Position numbers and translations under genes: made by a program. A stretch of 64,000 bases of DNA from a virus (taxonomy: Duplodnaviria > Caudoviricetes). Positions 37,725 to 49,002 of the stretch are shown piece by piece. The notes under the pieces are model-generated. The model made no database searches. It had not been told where the DNA came from and saw only the letters and a program-made list of their open reading frames with translations. The first letter of the stretch is position 1. Each line of letters starts with the position of its first letter. Location of the stretch: positions 1-64,000 of the IMG/VR virus record IMGVR_UViG_3300029305_004606, one strand, 5' to 3'.

Positions 37725-39875
37725 ATGGAGTACAAAGAACAATTCTATTATCCTTATAAGGAATTGTGTGAAACTGGCACGCAGACTATTCACACGAAAG
37801 ATTTAAACCAATCCAATATTGATAATCATTTCTACTCAATTATCAATATACTCAAAGATGGAGTAGAAAAACCTGAAGTGCAGAATATGATGATTCATGT
37901 TGTATTTGCTAACAAAGTAGATGTAGATTTAACTATATTTGATTACACTATCAACTTGATGTTCTGGAATCTCTGTACAGCAGTAGATCATCCAATTAAT
38001 GATGTACATTTGGTATTCTTTGAGAATATCACCAAGAGATTTATTAAGGAATATATCGATAATATCTTTATTGATAGATATCGTAAAAAGATTCCATTCA
38101 TTATGCTTAATCAGACTATCGATGCAGTAATTGGAAAATTCAGAGATCTCAGATTTATGCAAATGTATCTTGGTAATACTTTGAATCTTGAAGATACTAT
38201 TGACTTGATGAATAAGTATCCTGATTTTGCAGATACTATTCATTTCAATCCTGATGGTATTCCTATTGAAGATGTAAAAGAGAAAGGTATGGAAGCAACT
38301 GATTTACAGATTAGATATATCAAGAATTCTGATCACTGTTTAAGAGATTCATTCCGCACAGGTGAAGCAATATCACCTAAACAGTATAAAGAAGTTGCTG
38401 TTAATATTGGTTCAAAACCTGATGGTCAGGGATCAGTATTCCCTCATCCTATTCGTCATTCATTTATGAATGGTGGTTTACAGACTCCTGAAGAGGTAGC
38501 TATTGAATCATCAGTAGGTCGTGTAGCTCAGATTTTGCAGAAAACAAACGTTGGTGAATCTGGTGCATTTGCAAGATGTCTTGAATTAAATAATCAGGAT
38601 ACTATATTGCATCCTGATCCGACTTATATTTGTGATTCTCATAACTTTCAGGAAATTGTACTTGAAGATGATACAATGCTTCGTATGTATGATATGAGAT
38701 ATTATAGAGATAATCCTGACGGAGTAGATAAGTTGTTATCAGCTAAAACTGCAGATAAACAGAAGATGCTTCATAGAAAACTCTATTTCCGTTCTCCTAT
38801 GACTTGTGCAAGTGCTGCTAGAGGGCATGGTATTTGTTATAAATGTTATGGCGACCTTGCATATGTAAATAGAGAAGTTAATATTGGACAGATTGCAGCT
38901 GAAGGACTATCTTCAATTTATACTCAGATCTTATTGTCAGCAAAACATCTTCTTGAATCTTTGGTTGTTAAAATGGAGTGGTCTAAAGGATTTTATGATT
39001 ATTTCCAGATTACTTTTAATACCATAGCTTTGATTGAGAATAAAACCTATAGAGGTATTAAACTCATCATTGACGAGGATATTAAGTCTGAAGAAGAATA
39101 TGACGATGTAGATTATAATCACTACATCAATAGTTTCATTATCAGAAAACCTGATGGTGAAGAGTTTAAGATATCTACAACAAATACAGATAACCTGTAT
39201 TTTGATTCCGATTTCTATGAATATGTAATGTCAGTTCAGCCTGAGAATAACAGTTCCGAGGAACCTTATCATGTAGAGCTTAACTTAACAGACTTGATTG
39301 ATTTTCCTTGTCTTTTTGTAGTTGAGATTAAGAATAACGAATTATCTGCGACTATGAATAAGATTGAAAAGCTTATCAATAACAAGAGTGTAATTTCTTT
39401 ATATGATAGGAATTCAATTCTCAAAGAATTTATTACTACAAATATTCAGGGTAATATTAAGCTCAATGCAGTCCACTTCGAAGTTCTTCTGATGAATCAG
39501 ATCAGAGCATTTGATGATGAGCTTGAGAAACCTGATTGGACAAATCCCGGTGAAATTTGTCAGATTCTCACTTTGGATAAATCGTTGTCTAATAATCAAT
39601 CTATAACTGTAAGATTGCAGAGTTCGAAAGTACAGAAGGCTTTGGCAAATCCTCAGAATAGATACATCTGTAGACCTTCTATGACAGATATTTATTATAT
39701 GGAACAGCCTCAGGAGTACTTAGACGAGGAGTTCATTTCTGACGAATATACACCTAAGTCTGATGTTGAGCAACCTATTATTGAACCTATTACTTTCTCT
39801 AACCCTAAGATTAGAGTTGGTCGTAAGGTAGAAAAGCGTAAGATTCCCAAGAAGAATTTCCGCAGAGATTATTAA
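37725..39875 (+). CDS. Phage RNA polymerase beta' C-terminal subunit (probably non-virion RNAP)
   Basis: SFMNGGL, VGESGAFAR (bridge helix), FRSPMTC...GICYKCYG, NIGQIAA...TQILLSAKH (trigger loop), VHFEV. Confidence 0.88.
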   Translation: MEYKEQFYYPYKELCETGTQTIHTKDLNQSNIDNHFYSIINILKDGVEKPEVQNMMIHVVFANKVDVDLTIFDYTINLMFWNLCTAVDHPINDVHLVFFENITKRFIKEYIDNIFIDRYRKKIPFIMLNQTIDAVIGKFRDLRFMQMYLGNTLNLEDTIDLMNKYPDFADTIHFNPDGIPIEDVKEKGMEATDLQIRYIKNSDHCLRDSFRTGEAISPKQYKEVAVNIGSKPDGQGSVFPHPIRHSFMNGGLQTPEEVAIESSVGRVAQILQKTNVGESGAFARCLELNNQDTILHPDPTYICDSHNFQEIVLEDDTMLRMYDMRYYRDNPDGVDKLLSAKTADKQKMLHRKLYFRSPMTCASAARGHGICYKCYGDLAYVNREVNIGQIAAEGLSSIYTQILLSAKHLLESLVVKMEWSKGFYDYFQITFNTIALIENKTYRGIKLIIDEDIKSEEEYDDVDYNHYINSFIIRKPDGEEFKISTTNTDNLYFDSDFYEYVMSVQPENNSSEEPYHVELNLTDLIDFPCLFVVEIKNNELSATMNKIEKLINNKSVISLYDRNSILKEFITTNIQGNIKLNAVHFEVLLMNQIRAFDDELEKPDWTNPGEICQILTLDKSLSNNQSITVRLQSSKVQKALANPQNRYICRPSMTDIYYMEQPQEYLDEEFISDEYTPKSDVEQPIIEPITFSNPKIRVGRKVEKRKIPKKNFRRDY

Positions 39876-39903
39876 AATATAAGATTGAGAGGTATGTCAA
39901 ATT

Positions 39904-40212
39904 ATGAAAAGATTCTTTGGTATGATGCCTACTAATGAGGTAGAAATCGAAAAGAAATATAAAGACAAAAATGACTATAACGTTACTATTCAGGCTGGTC
40001 CTAACGGTTGGACTGTACTTTGGGCTGATGGTGGTTCATCTTGGAAAGATGAAGAAAATACAGCAGAAGAAAACTTCAATACTGCATTAAAAGTAGCAGA
40101 AGAAGCTGTAGGAACTCTTACAGAAGTAACTCTTCCTGTAGCATATAATGTAGTAGAAGCAGGTGAAACCTGTGATGAAGATGAATCCGATGGAGAATGT
40201 TGGGAAGGATAA
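39904..40212 (+). CDS. Small acidic hypothetical protein
   Basis: RBS GAGGT. Confidence 0.6.
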   Translation: MKRFFGMMPTNEVEIEKKYKDKNDYNVTIQAGPNGWTVLWADGGSSWKDEENTAEENFNTALKVAEEAVGTLTEVTLPVAYNVVEAGETCDEDESDGECWEG

Positions 40213-40291
40213 ATTAGACAAATAAAAGCCATAGAATCCGGAAGGGTCTCCTGACCCTTCCAGTTTCAGGCTGACAATTAGAGGTAATATT

Positions 40292-41920
40292 ATGGACAGA
40301 ATAAAAGTTACAAATACTTCCATTATAGTCGAAAACTATACAATGGGAGAGTCCGAACAATTAGAAAAACCTTTTAGAATATATGATCCTATTACACATA
40401 AAGTATTTTATAAAGGGTTTTATTATGATGAAGAAAATAAGAGATTATATCTTCCTGCAGGTATGGACATTTGGTATGTTCGTAAAGCATTAGGAGAAAA
40501 ATATTATACAAGAATAGATTCAGAACCATTTCAAATGATTGATAATGTAATGATAAAGTTCAAGCCCAGAGATGAGGAACAAGTTGAAGCTTTAAAGTTT
40601 ACCTGTAATGTAGGTGAGTATGAAGACAACAAGTATCTACATCAGCTGAGTTTGAACCTGTTTACTGGTAAAGGAAAAACATATGTATCTATTGCTACTA
40701 TTTGTTTTTTCAAAATCAAGAGTATTATCATTACTGGTTCTAACTCGTTATTATCACAATGGGGAGAAGAGATTTGTAAATATACAAATTTAAAGCCAGG
40801 TGATATAGTTTCTATTAATGGATCAGAATATTGTAATATGATTCTTAATGGTTCGTCTAATAAAGCTAAGAATGGTAAAGTTTTCTTATGCAGTCATGGT
40901 ACATTAAGATCGTTTGGTGATAGATATGGTTGGGACAAAGTGTCTCAATTATTCAGAGAATTAGGAATTGGTATGAAGTTTTATGATGAAGCTCATACTA
41001 ATTTTGACAATATGTTGATGATAGACTTCTTTACCAATACTTTTAAAACTTTTTATGTAACAGCTACACCTGGTAGAAGTAATTGGAAAGAAAATCATAT
41101 ATTTCAGATATCATTAAAGAATGTACCTGGTATTGATTTATTTGATGAAAATAATGATCCTCATACTAGTTATGTAGCTATTAAATGGAACTCTAATCCG
41201 ACTCCACAAGCAGTATCAGCATGTAAAAATGTTTATGGATTAGATAGAAATAAATATATCAATTATGTTACTCAAAAACCTGAATTTTATGATATGATGA
41301 GAATTATAATGGATATGGTTATCAAATGTAAGGGTAGAGTTTTAATGTATATTGGTACTAATGAAGGTATATTGAGATTATATCATTGGCTTGGTAAAGA
41401 ATATCCTGAGTTTCTTGGAGATATAGGTATATTTACATCTCTCTTGGATAAAACTCAAAAGCAAAAAGATAAGAAAAAGAAACTTATCATATCTACTACA
41501 AAATCTGCTGGTCTTGGAGAGCATATTGAAGGATTAAAAATGACTATAGTGTTAGCTGAACCTTTTAAATCTGAAATTATCACAAGACAGACATTAGGTA
41601 GAACACGAGATAAGAATACTTTGTATATAGAATTAGTAGATATGGGATTTAGATATTGTAGAAAATTTTATAACGATAAACTTCCTATATTTAATAAATA
41701 TGCAAGTGATGTTTCTGATACTACAGTTGATTCTTATGAATTAACTAGAAGAGCAAAAATTCTTAAAGCTGAAAGAACTCATTATCAGATTTGTCCAATT
41801 GAATTAGCTGATGATAGATTTGATTTTAGTTTTATCAAAGATAAACAAACAGGACCTATTTGTCCTATAGAATTTATCGATACCGATCCTTTATCCAGTA
41901 TAAAATATCGTAAAAGATAA
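40292..41920 (+). CDS. SF2 DEAH helicase (UvsW-like)
   Basis: TGKGKT, DEAH, TAT, QTLGRTR; follows the beta' C subunit as in phiKZ-like phages. Confidence 0.88.
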   Translation: MDRIKVTNTSIIVENYTMGESEQLEKPFRIYDPITHKVFYKGFYYDEENKRLYLPAGMDIWYVRKALGEKYYTRIDSEPFQMIDNVMIKFKPRDEEQVEALKFTCNVGEYEDNKYLHQLSLNLFTGKGKTYVSIATICFFKIKSIIITGSNSLLSQWGEEICKYTNLKPGDIVSINGSEYCNMILNGSSNKAKNGKVFLCSHGTLRSFGDRYGWDKVSQLFRELGIGMKFYDEAHTNFDNMLMIDFFTNTFKTFYVTATPGRSNWKENHIFQISLKNVPGIDLFDENNDPHTSYVAIKWNSNPTPQAVSACKNVYGLDRNKYINYVTQKPEFYDMMRIIMDMVIKCKGRVLMYIGTNEGILRLYHWLGKEYPEFLGDIGIFTSLLDKTQKQKDKKKKLIISTTKSAGLGEHIEGLKMTIVLAEPFKSEIITRQTLGRTRDKNTLYIELVDMGFRYCRKFYNDKLPIFNKYASDVSDTTVDSYELTRRAKILKAERTHYQICPIELADDRFDFSFIKDKQTGPICPIEFIDTDPLSSIKYRKR

Positions 41921-42041
41921 AAGAAAAATAAATCCTCTTTTGATTATATATAATAATAGTGAATAAAGGTTATACAATAGCCTTTCCTATCATGATACTG
42001 TCACAGACAAAAAAAAATATAATCAAAGGAGGATAAGATTT

Positions 42042-43478
42042 ATGATGACAGCATTAAACACATTTAATCCACTTATAGTAGCAGCTGTTAACCCTTTCGT
42101 TATTAATAACGATTATACTATTAAGGTGGAAAACAAACCTAAAAAAGAAAAGAAAAGTTCCAAATTTAATTCTAAGGAAGCAGACAAGTTCGTTAATCAG
42201 GGACAAGTTTCTAACAGATTATACGAAGATATTTGTAAGATGGCTAAAGATAATGCATTTTTGCGTTTAGTCTTTGTTTCCAAGGGTATCGAAACAAATC
42301 AGTGGATTAGATTTGCCATTTATTATATGACAGATCCGCTTGCAACAGCTATATCATTTGCAGACGAAGAATCTAGAGAATTAGTTAATGCTATCTCTAT
42401 ACTGGCTGGTTTCGGTAAAGTCTATGAAAGCAATAGTGTTGCTAACATAGACGAATATGATAGTACACAATTAAATTCTGAGTATACAGGTAGATTCTTG
42501 TTGAACAAACCTGAGCTGGTTGATTTTTTATCAACTGTACAGTTCCAGTCAGTTATGGCAGCTAGAAAATTCAGAATGAACGAAACTATTCTTGAAGGAC
42601 CTGTGATGATTACTGTAGATGAAAGTGAACTTCGTTATGTGGACGAACAGAAAAAATCTATGGCTAATCCAGCATTTGCAATTCTTGATGCTGATGATGA
42701 AGAAATTGTTCAACCTAGTTTTACTATTAATGAGTCTAATTCATTTAGTCCACTTGAGTTTAACATAAAGCCTAAAGTTATGCCTAAAAAAGGTGAAGGA
42801 ATCGATGCTCATACCTATACAAGATTTGAAGCTATGATAGGAAAATATATTCCTGAAACTATTCATTATCATTACGAATGTATTAATGGTATCTATCATC
42901 TGTTTATTACAAGACCTGATACAGGTGCAGAAGAAATGTATATTATTGATAATGGTAGTATTGTTGGTGGAAGTACAGTAGCTATTTTAGGTATGTATGT
43001 AAATTCTGAAGGCTTTGAACGATACAGATTTGTTGATGTATTAGCTCATCCGGCAATTGTTTCTAAGATTCTTGATAGAACTATATTTAACTATCTGAGT
43101 TTTCAGGAATTAGAAGATGTACAAGGAGATTATTTGTATAATTATAGAATTTATAATAACATTGATTTCCATAATACAGATTTCTTTGATGATTTGAAAC
43201 CTGAAGATAAATATGATTTTGAATCTTCGTTACTTGCAGTTATGAGTTCAATCGATTTGGCTGGATTTGGAAATGTAAGATTTAGATTTAGCTCATATGA
43301 TAATCCTCATAATTTTACATTAGTTTCAGATTTTAATATGTATCGTCCGCTACCGTTTATCCAGGATAAAATGATGCCTGAGACTTATGTTGTAGAAGGT
43401 TTAGAGATTTCCGTTGTTCCTGATCATGTATATATCAAAATGAACAATGAAATTATAAATAGCTATAGAATAGGATGA
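42042..43478 (+). CDS. Hypothetical protein (early)
   Basis: 478-aa ORF, RBS AGGAGG. Confidence 0.65.
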   Translation: MMTALNTFNPLIVAAVNPFVINNDYTIKVENKPKKEKKSSKFNSKEADKFVNQGQVSNRLYEDICKMAKDNAFLRLVFVSKGIETNQWIRFAIYYMTDPLATAISFADEESRELVNAISILAGFGKVYESNSVANIDEYDSTQLNSEYTGRFLLNKPELVDFLSTVQFQSVMAARKFRMNETILEGPVMITVDESELRYVDEQKKSMANPAFAILDADDEEIVQPSFTINESNSFSPLEFNIKPKVMPKKGEGIDAHTYTRFEAMIGKYIPETIHYHYECINGIYHLFITRPDTGAEEMYIIDNGSIVGGSTVAILGMYVNSEGFERYRFVDVLAHPAIVSKILDRTIFNYLSFQELEDVQGDYLYNYRIYNNIDFHNTDFFDDLKPEDKYDFESSLLAVMSSIDLAGFGNVRFRFSSYDNPHNFTLVSDFNMYRPLPFIQDKMMPETYVVEGLEISVVPDHVYIKMNNEIINSYRIG

Positions 43479-44233
43479 TAACCATGAACAACAATAGCAA
43501 TATTGATTTTACAGAATATGATAGAGTACAAGATATATTAATGTATCTAACTGACAAAATCACGCTTAGCTTTGTTGTTGCATTGTCTAAAAAGAATTTA
43601 GGAGGACAAAGATCCTTCTTTCATTACGAGACTCAGTACACTTCTGATTCTTATGGTACTCAATTAAGATCTATTAAAAGAAATATGTCTTACTATTTCT
43701 TGATTTCTAATAAAGATATCTTTGGATCTGGAATTGTACTGAGACCTCAAGATGTAGAAATATTGATAATGCTCATAGAACAAAGAGTAATACCTTGGTT
43801 CTTTGGAACTCAAGAACAACATGCATTTCATATGGTAGATAATAAACTAGTATTAAAAGAATTTACTCCGGTAATATATACACAATCTGATACAAAGTTT
43901 ATAGGATTTGAACCTATAGTTTATCATTATGAAAATTCAGATCAGTTTGCAGAGGGAGTTAACTTGTTATTTACACAAGGTGAATCCTGTCCATTAACTG
44001 TAGATAAGTTTATGGGTCTGTTTAATGTGCTGAAATCTGACATGTATAATATAGCTTGTCAGTTATGTACTTATGCTAAGGTTCCACCTTATGGTGTGAA
44101 TGTATTTAAACCTGTTGGTTTGGGATCTTCTCCCAATCAACAACGAAATGATACTGGTTGGAGCAACCAAAACAATTATAAAGGTTTTGGTGCTAATTCC
44201 TTCTTGGAAAATGCCAAGAAGAAAGGAGATTAG
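43475..44233 (+). CDS. Hypothetical protein
   Basis: Coupled ORF. Confidence 0.6.
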   Translation: MITMNNNSNIDFTEYDRVQDILMYLTDKITLSFVVALSKKNLGGQRSFFHYETQYTSDSYGTQLRSIKRNMSYYFLISNKDIFGSGIVLRPQDVEILIMLIEQRVIPWFFGTQEQHAFHMVDNKLVLKEFTPVIYTQSDTKFIGFEPIVYHYENSDQFAEGVNLLFTQGESCPLTVDKFMGLFNVLKSDMYNIACQLCTYAKVPPYGVNVFKPVGLGSSPNQQRNDTGWSNQNNYKGFGANSFLENAKKKGD

Positions 44234-44239
44234 GATACT

Positions 44240-44824
44240 ATGAGATTTTATGTATTTAAGAAACGTAACGATTTATCTGCTCGTCCCGATTGGTACGAGC
44301 CTATAATTACAAAGAAAATATATTCTACTACAGAGTTTGATTTAGCTAAGATTAGATATGAATCTATGGAACTCGAACTTAAGTCTGAAGAAGTATTATT
44401 TATGGCTGTGGATTTTGGATTTGCTGCTGAGAAGAACTTTGAAGTTACTTATTGTGACCCCAGTAAAACATATTTCCCTTATCTTGTTATCAAGTGCAGT
44501 GATGATTCTTATTTCAATTATGAAGAAAAACTCAATATGAAAAATATTAAGTTTGTACTTATAAACGATGGTATTCATCAGCACTATTTCAATCCAATGA
44601 ACGCATTTGAAAAGTTTGAATATTATAAAAATAATCGTATCGCTGCTATGTTAGCTATTGATTATATTACTCCTGCAGGTACAAATAATCTTGTACCAAT
44701 CACAAGTATTCAGGAAATTCTTTGGAGAGAGAAAGAGAAATATATTAAAAGATTAGGATTTGAGCCATTGCCTAACAGTATTAAAATTGGTCCTATTGTG
44801 ATAAAGAAGAGAGTAGAGTCTTAA
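44240..44824 (+). CDS. Hypothetical protein
   Basis: Coupled ORF. Confidence 0.6.
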   Translation: MRFYVFKKRNDLSARPDWYEPIITKKIYSTTEFDLAKIRYESMELELKSEEVLFMAVDFGFAAEKNFEVTYCDPSKTYFPYLVIKCSDDSYFNYEEKLNMKNIKFVLINDGIHQHYFNPMNAFEKFEYYKNNRIAAMLAIDYITPAGTNNLVPITSIQEILWREKEKYIKRLGFEPLPNSIKIGPIVIKKRVES

Positions 44825-44848
44825 TGACTCTACTCCCTATTTTTATTT

Positions 44849-45553
44849 TTATTTGTTTCGTTTTGCAGTTAAAGGTGTAACATAATCGATATCAACAAGG
44901 TTTGAATGTAAATGAGCTCCTATAAGATATACATTCATTAAATTCTTTCCAAGTGAATCGGTTCTAGAAACATTAAGATCTTCCTGAGAAACATATCCCT
45001 TGGCTAAGATTTCATTACTCATCTGAGCCATTGCATCCATAGCATCTGCTTTAGGTCTTGCAAATTCATCCATTGTATAATCAAGACCCATAGTAGCAAG
45101 GGATTCGAATTCTCTATCTGTTTCTTTGCCACCTTTGTCATCTGATGTGAGAAGACCTGTCTTCATATCACGTTTTTCAATGTTAATAGAAGTATGATTC
45201 TTCTTGGTAAGCATCTGTTTCATTCGCTTTAAGTGAATATAGATTACCATACATTCTTCAGATTCAATAGGTTCACCATCTTCATTGGTATAAACATAAG
45301 GAAGTTTTACTCTTTCAAGAAGTGGCTTATCAAGAACCTTAAAAGCGTCTACAATATCATACATTTTAGGTTCCACTTTAAAAACTTGTGTATGGAATCT
45401 GAAAGGAAGTCTTCTTTTACAGAATGCCATAAAATCATTGTCTGACATTGTAGCAAATATCTTTTTATAGTAATCTGAGTTTGTATGAGTTTTATCAGCA
45501 GCATCTAATACATCGTAGATGAGTTTTTCTGCTTTTTCTCTTTGTTTATTCAT
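44849..45553 (-). CDS. Virion RNA polymerase beta C-terminal subunit (phiKZ gp149-like)
   Basis: YIHLKRMKQMLTKKN...RDMKTGLLTSDDKGGKETDRE corresponds to the beta C-terminal KLxHxxxxK...R...TxQP..G...GG segment. Confidence 0.75.
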   Translation of the reverse strand: MNKQREKAEKLIYDVLDAADKTHTNSDYYKKIFATMSDNDFMAFCKRRLPFRFHTQVFKVEPKMYDIVDAFKVLDKPLLERVKLPYVYTNEDGEPIESEECMVIYIHLKRMKQMLTKKNHTSINIEKRDMKTGLLTSDDKGGKETDREFESLATMGLDYTMDEFARPKADAMDAMAQMSNEILAKGYVSQEDLNVSRTDSLGKNLMNVYLIGAHLHSNLVDIDYVTPLTAKRNK

Positions 45554-45576
45554 TTTGTGTTCTCCTCTCTTAATTC

Positions 45577-46056
45577 CTATTGAGGTAGGCTAAATACACC
45601 TAAAATGGCTATATGATCAATTTCCATATGTCCACCCAAGAATTCTATTAAGAACTCTGTTCCTTTAGGAATAGTAAATTTATCAGAATCAAATCCCAAG
45701 ATATAATTAATTCCACTTATTGTATGTCTCATTTCTGTACAATTTTCACCGCCACATTCTGTAGGATTATGTATAATATCCTTAACTGGTACAATCTTGG
45801 GTTTCATAAACATTAAGAGAATATGAGGCGGAATAACCAAATCAACATAATTAGATTGAGTGTACTTTCTTGTTTTCTTGTTCATTACATTTTCTGTATC
45901 TATAGAAGGTGTTGTACTAGGTATAAAAAATTTACCCATAAGAGCTTCAAGATTATAAAATGTAAGATTTTCTGCCAGCACAGCTTTTTCTATTGTTTGA
46001 ATATTATCGCTGGCTTGCTCATAATAATTCATTTCATTCGTTACACTATTATTCAT
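45577..46056 (-). CDS. Hypothetical protein (late, OB-fold-like ends)
   Basis: ATG at 46056 after GAGGTG; GKFFIP...IPKGTEFLIEFLGG. Confidence 0.55.
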   Translation of the reverse strand: MNNSVTNEMNYYEQASDNIQTIEKAVLAENLTFYNLEALMGKFFIPSTTPSIDTENVMNKKTRKYTQSNYVDLVIPPHILLMFMKPKIVPVKDIIHNPTECGGENCTEMRHTISGINYILGFDSDKFTIPKGTEFLIEFLGGHMEIDHIAILGVFSLPQ

Positions 46057-46138
46057 TTTTAACACCTCGTTCAACCATTAATTAATCTAATGTTTTTTGA
46101 ACTCTATATAATATTTTTTGATCAAAGGAGAGATAAGA

Positions 46139-46624
46139 ATGATTTATTTACCAAACGGTACCGTCTATTTTGACAATATTTATGATATGTATTACGATTT
46201 ATTTTCAGAGATTGGTCTGGGTATTAACTCACAACAGTATTTGTATGATCAGGATACTCAAACTGTTATCCAGTTCAAGGAAAAATATATTAAGGCTTCT
46301 ATCAACGGTCAGCCAGTATATGCAGGGCGTAACGATATTGTTTTTGAACCTGCTAAAAATTATACTCTTATGACTAGATTATTTGAGTATTATCTTGATA
46401 AATGTCAGAACTCAGATGATGGAGATCAGCTTCAGGGATATATTGCTCATTATATTGATGACGATGAAACTAAAGAAAAACAAAGGGTTGTAGTTAAAAC
46501 TGTTGGCAGAGGAGAAATTTCTTCTCAGTTCTATTTCAATGTATATCTTGCATATATTGATTGTTTATTCAAAATTGCAGGTTATAATGCTGATCTTAGC
46601 AATTTTGATATTAAAGTTGAATAA
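46139..46624 (+). CDS. Hypothetical protein
   Basis: ATG at 46139 after AGGAG. Confidence 0.6.
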   Translation: MIYLPNGTVYFDNIYDMYYDLFSEIGLGINSQQYLYDQDTQTVIQFKEKYIKASINGQPVYAGRNDIVFEPAKNYTLMTRLFEYYLDKCQNSDDGDQLQGYIAHYIDDDETKEKQRVVVKTVGRGEISSQFYFNVYLAYIDCLFKIAGYNADLSNFDIKVE

Positions 46625-46646
46625 GTAGTGTTAAGGTGTAACGAAT

Positions 46647-47894
46647 ATGATTATATTAAATCCGCAACAAGAATTAATAAAAAATCAAGCCGTAAACTGG
46701 TTCCTGAATGAGTCTAGTCAAGTTTTTGAAATTGACGGACCTGCAGGAACCGGTAAATCGGTTCTTATAGGACAGATATTAAAAGAATTAGGATTAAAAC
46801 CATATGAAGTAGCAGCTATGAGTTACACTGGTCAGGCTTCTATAGTTATGAGAATGCGTGGTTTTCCTAGTGCTAGGTCTATACATTCTACTTTATATGA
46901 GCTTGTAGAGATAGAAGATGAAGATACACGATTAGCAGAAACTTTTGGTGTAGCTTCAAAAAAGAAAGTCTTTACTTTAAAGAAAATGATAGACCCGAAC
47001 ATTCGTTTATTTTTTATAGACGAAGGATATATGGTTCCAAGAGATATGGTAAATGATATCTTATCTTTTGGTATCAAAGTTATTGTAGCAGGTGATGCTC
47101 ATCAGTTACCACCTGTTAGTGGAGAACCGGGATTTTTAACTGGTTATGGAGTTCATCATCTTACTCAATTAATGAGACAATCTGAATCTAATCCGATTGT
47201 CTATATAGCTAATAGAGCTATGAACGGTGAGCCTATACATAATGGAACATATTCCTCTAGAGGATATGGTGGTCAAAATGTGTTAGTAATTAACGATGAT
47301 GAATTTGTTCCACAAATGATAGGATTAGCTGATTGTATTTTGTGTGGAACTAATAAGACCAGAGAAGCTATGAATAGCTATGTAAGAAAATTGGCAGGAT
47401 TTGAAGGTCAATATCCTCATCATGGTGAAAGAGTTGTATGTAGAAAGAATGATTGGGAAAGAAGTATAGATGGAATAGCACTTGCTAATGGTTTAGCCGG
47501 TACAGTTATAAATAATCCAGATGTAAGTCCTGATGGAAAATTCTTTACTATAAATTTTAAACCTGATTTGGTAAATGCTGTATTTTATGGAGTTCCTGTA
47601 AATTACGATTATTTTATTTCTGATTTTGAAAAGAAGAATGCTATAAAATCTTCATTTAATTCAAGATGGTTAGTTGGAGAATTATTCGACTATGCTTATG
47701 CTTTAACTACACATCTTGCTCAAGGTTCAGAATATCCAAATTGTTTGTATATAGAAGAATTTATGAGACAACAGATACAAAATCAGTTGAATTATACTGC
47801 AGCTACTCGTGCTGTACAAACATTAATTTGGCTTAAAAAGAAACATAAGTATTTTTATCTACCGGGATTAAATATGATTAAAACTAATCAATAA
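46647..47894 (+). CDS. SF1B helicase (RecD/Dda-like)
   Basis: GPAGTGKS, IDE, GDAHQLPPV, RQ, YALTTHLAQGSEY, YTAATRA. Confidence 0.9.
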   Translation: MIILNPQQELIKNQAVNWFLNESSQVFEIDGPAGTGKSVLIGQILKELGLKPYEVAAMSYTGQASIVMRMRGFPSARSIHSTLYELVEIEDEDTRLAETFGVASKKKVFTLKKMIDPNIRLFFIDEGYMVPRDMVNDILSFGIKVIVAGDAHQLPPVSGEPGFLTGYGVHHLTQLMRQSESNPIVYIANRAMNGEPIHNGTYSSRGYGGQNVLVINDDEFVPQMIGLADCILCGTNKTREAMNSYVRKLAGFEGQYPHHGERVVCRKNDWERSIDGIALANGLAGTVINNPDVSPDGKFFTINFKPDLVNAVFYGVPVNYDYFISDFEKKNAIKSSFNSRWLVGELFDYAYALTTHLAQGSEYPNCLYIEEFMRQQIQNQLNYTAATRAVQTLIWLKKKHKYFYLPGLNMIKTNQ

Positions 47895-47941
47895 TAAAAA
47901 TGATCATATATTATATTTATGATAGATAAGGAGATTACAAG

Positions 47942-48523
47942 ATGTTTGATGAATTTAAGAAAAAGATAATTAATCCTATAGAATTTGTTAAACCCGGTGA
48001 ATCCTATGCTATTACTCCAATCGAAAGATTAGAGCAGGTTAACGGAATTACAAGTTTTGCCATCCTTAAGACTACTGAGGGTGGTAAGTATATGAGAGGT
48101 AATATGTTATATTATCATCTCAATGGTGTTAGTATCTATACAGATCCTAATAACGTTATTTTTGTTGATACAGTAAACAATATGATGTGGGTTAGAGAGT
48201 ATGAAAAAGTATTAAAAGAAATCGAACCTGATAATCCTGAAGAAAAACAATATATTATGCTCTATACGGATTTATGCTACGAAGATGATGATCAGGAATA
48301 TCCTTTTAGGTGGGAAGCGGTAACTGGAAGATCAAGTGCATATGATGCTATCAAAATTAATGCTCCTGTAATTGATATTGATAAATCACTTGTATTGGTT
48401 GAAACAGTAGGTTTTAAAGACGCTTTAACTGTAAGGCAATTTATTGATTATCTGCAAAATTCTGGCATAATCGAAGATGATACTTTCAGTACAGAAGATT
48501 ATACAGGCTCAGATTATATTTAA
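47942..48523 (+). CDS. Hypothetical early protein with N-terminal PIEF motif
   Basis: Early promoter at 47904-47922; KIINPIEFV. Confidence 0.65.
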   Translation: MFDEFKKKIINPIEFVKPGESYAITPIERLEQVNGITSFAILKTTEGGKYMRGNMLYYHLNGVSIYTDPNNVIFVDTVNNMMWVREYEKVLKEIEPDNPEEKQYIMLYTDLCYEDDDQEYPFRWEAVTGRSSAYDAIKINAPVIDIDKSLVLVETVGFKDALTVRQFIDYLQNSGIIEDDTFSTEDYTGSDYI

Positions 48524-48557
48524 TAAAATAATAAAAAGAAAGACGAGGTAATGTACT

Positions 48558-48983
48558 ATGGCAAAAAATAATTCGTATATCCAGATGATGATGAATCAGA
48601 ATGGTGACGAATGGATCTTGGCTTTACGTCCGGAAGATATTCAGAGATCCACAAGAAGAATTGTAAAGGATATGGTTCGAGGAACTATAGACTATCAGAC
48701 TCAAGGTAAATTTTTCCTTGATCCTAAATTTATGGAGAATCTGATTATTGGTGTTAGTAATGAACTTGAAATTAATACGTTGAATTATAATGCGTGTCAG
48801 TTCTATTATCAATATTTTCCTCAGACACCTAATATACAGCCTCATATTTATCATCTGGAAAGAACATGCTATATTTTTAGCACTATTCTCCAGAGATTAA
48901 ATGCTGTTAAGATGACCGGTAATGTTGGTTATATGACTGATATTTCTGCATTATTGTTTAACGATAGAAATAATCTCAATTAA
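48558..48983 (+). CDS. Hypothetical protein
   Basis: RBS GAGGT. Confidence 0.6.
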   Translation: MAKNNSYIQMMMNQNGDEWILALRPEDIQRSTRRIVKDMVRGTIDYQTQGKFFLDPKFMENLIIGVSNELEINTLNYNACQFYYQYFPQTPNIQPHIYHLERTCYIFSTILQRLNAVKMTGNVGYMTDISALLFNDRNNLN

Positions 48984-49002
48984 ATGACGGAGGTACAATA
49001 AA

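Noticed and set aside
42042-43478. Chimallin, PhuZ tubulin or RNAP specificity subunit
   Set aside because: No motif I can recognise supports any of these; a profile or structure search is needed.
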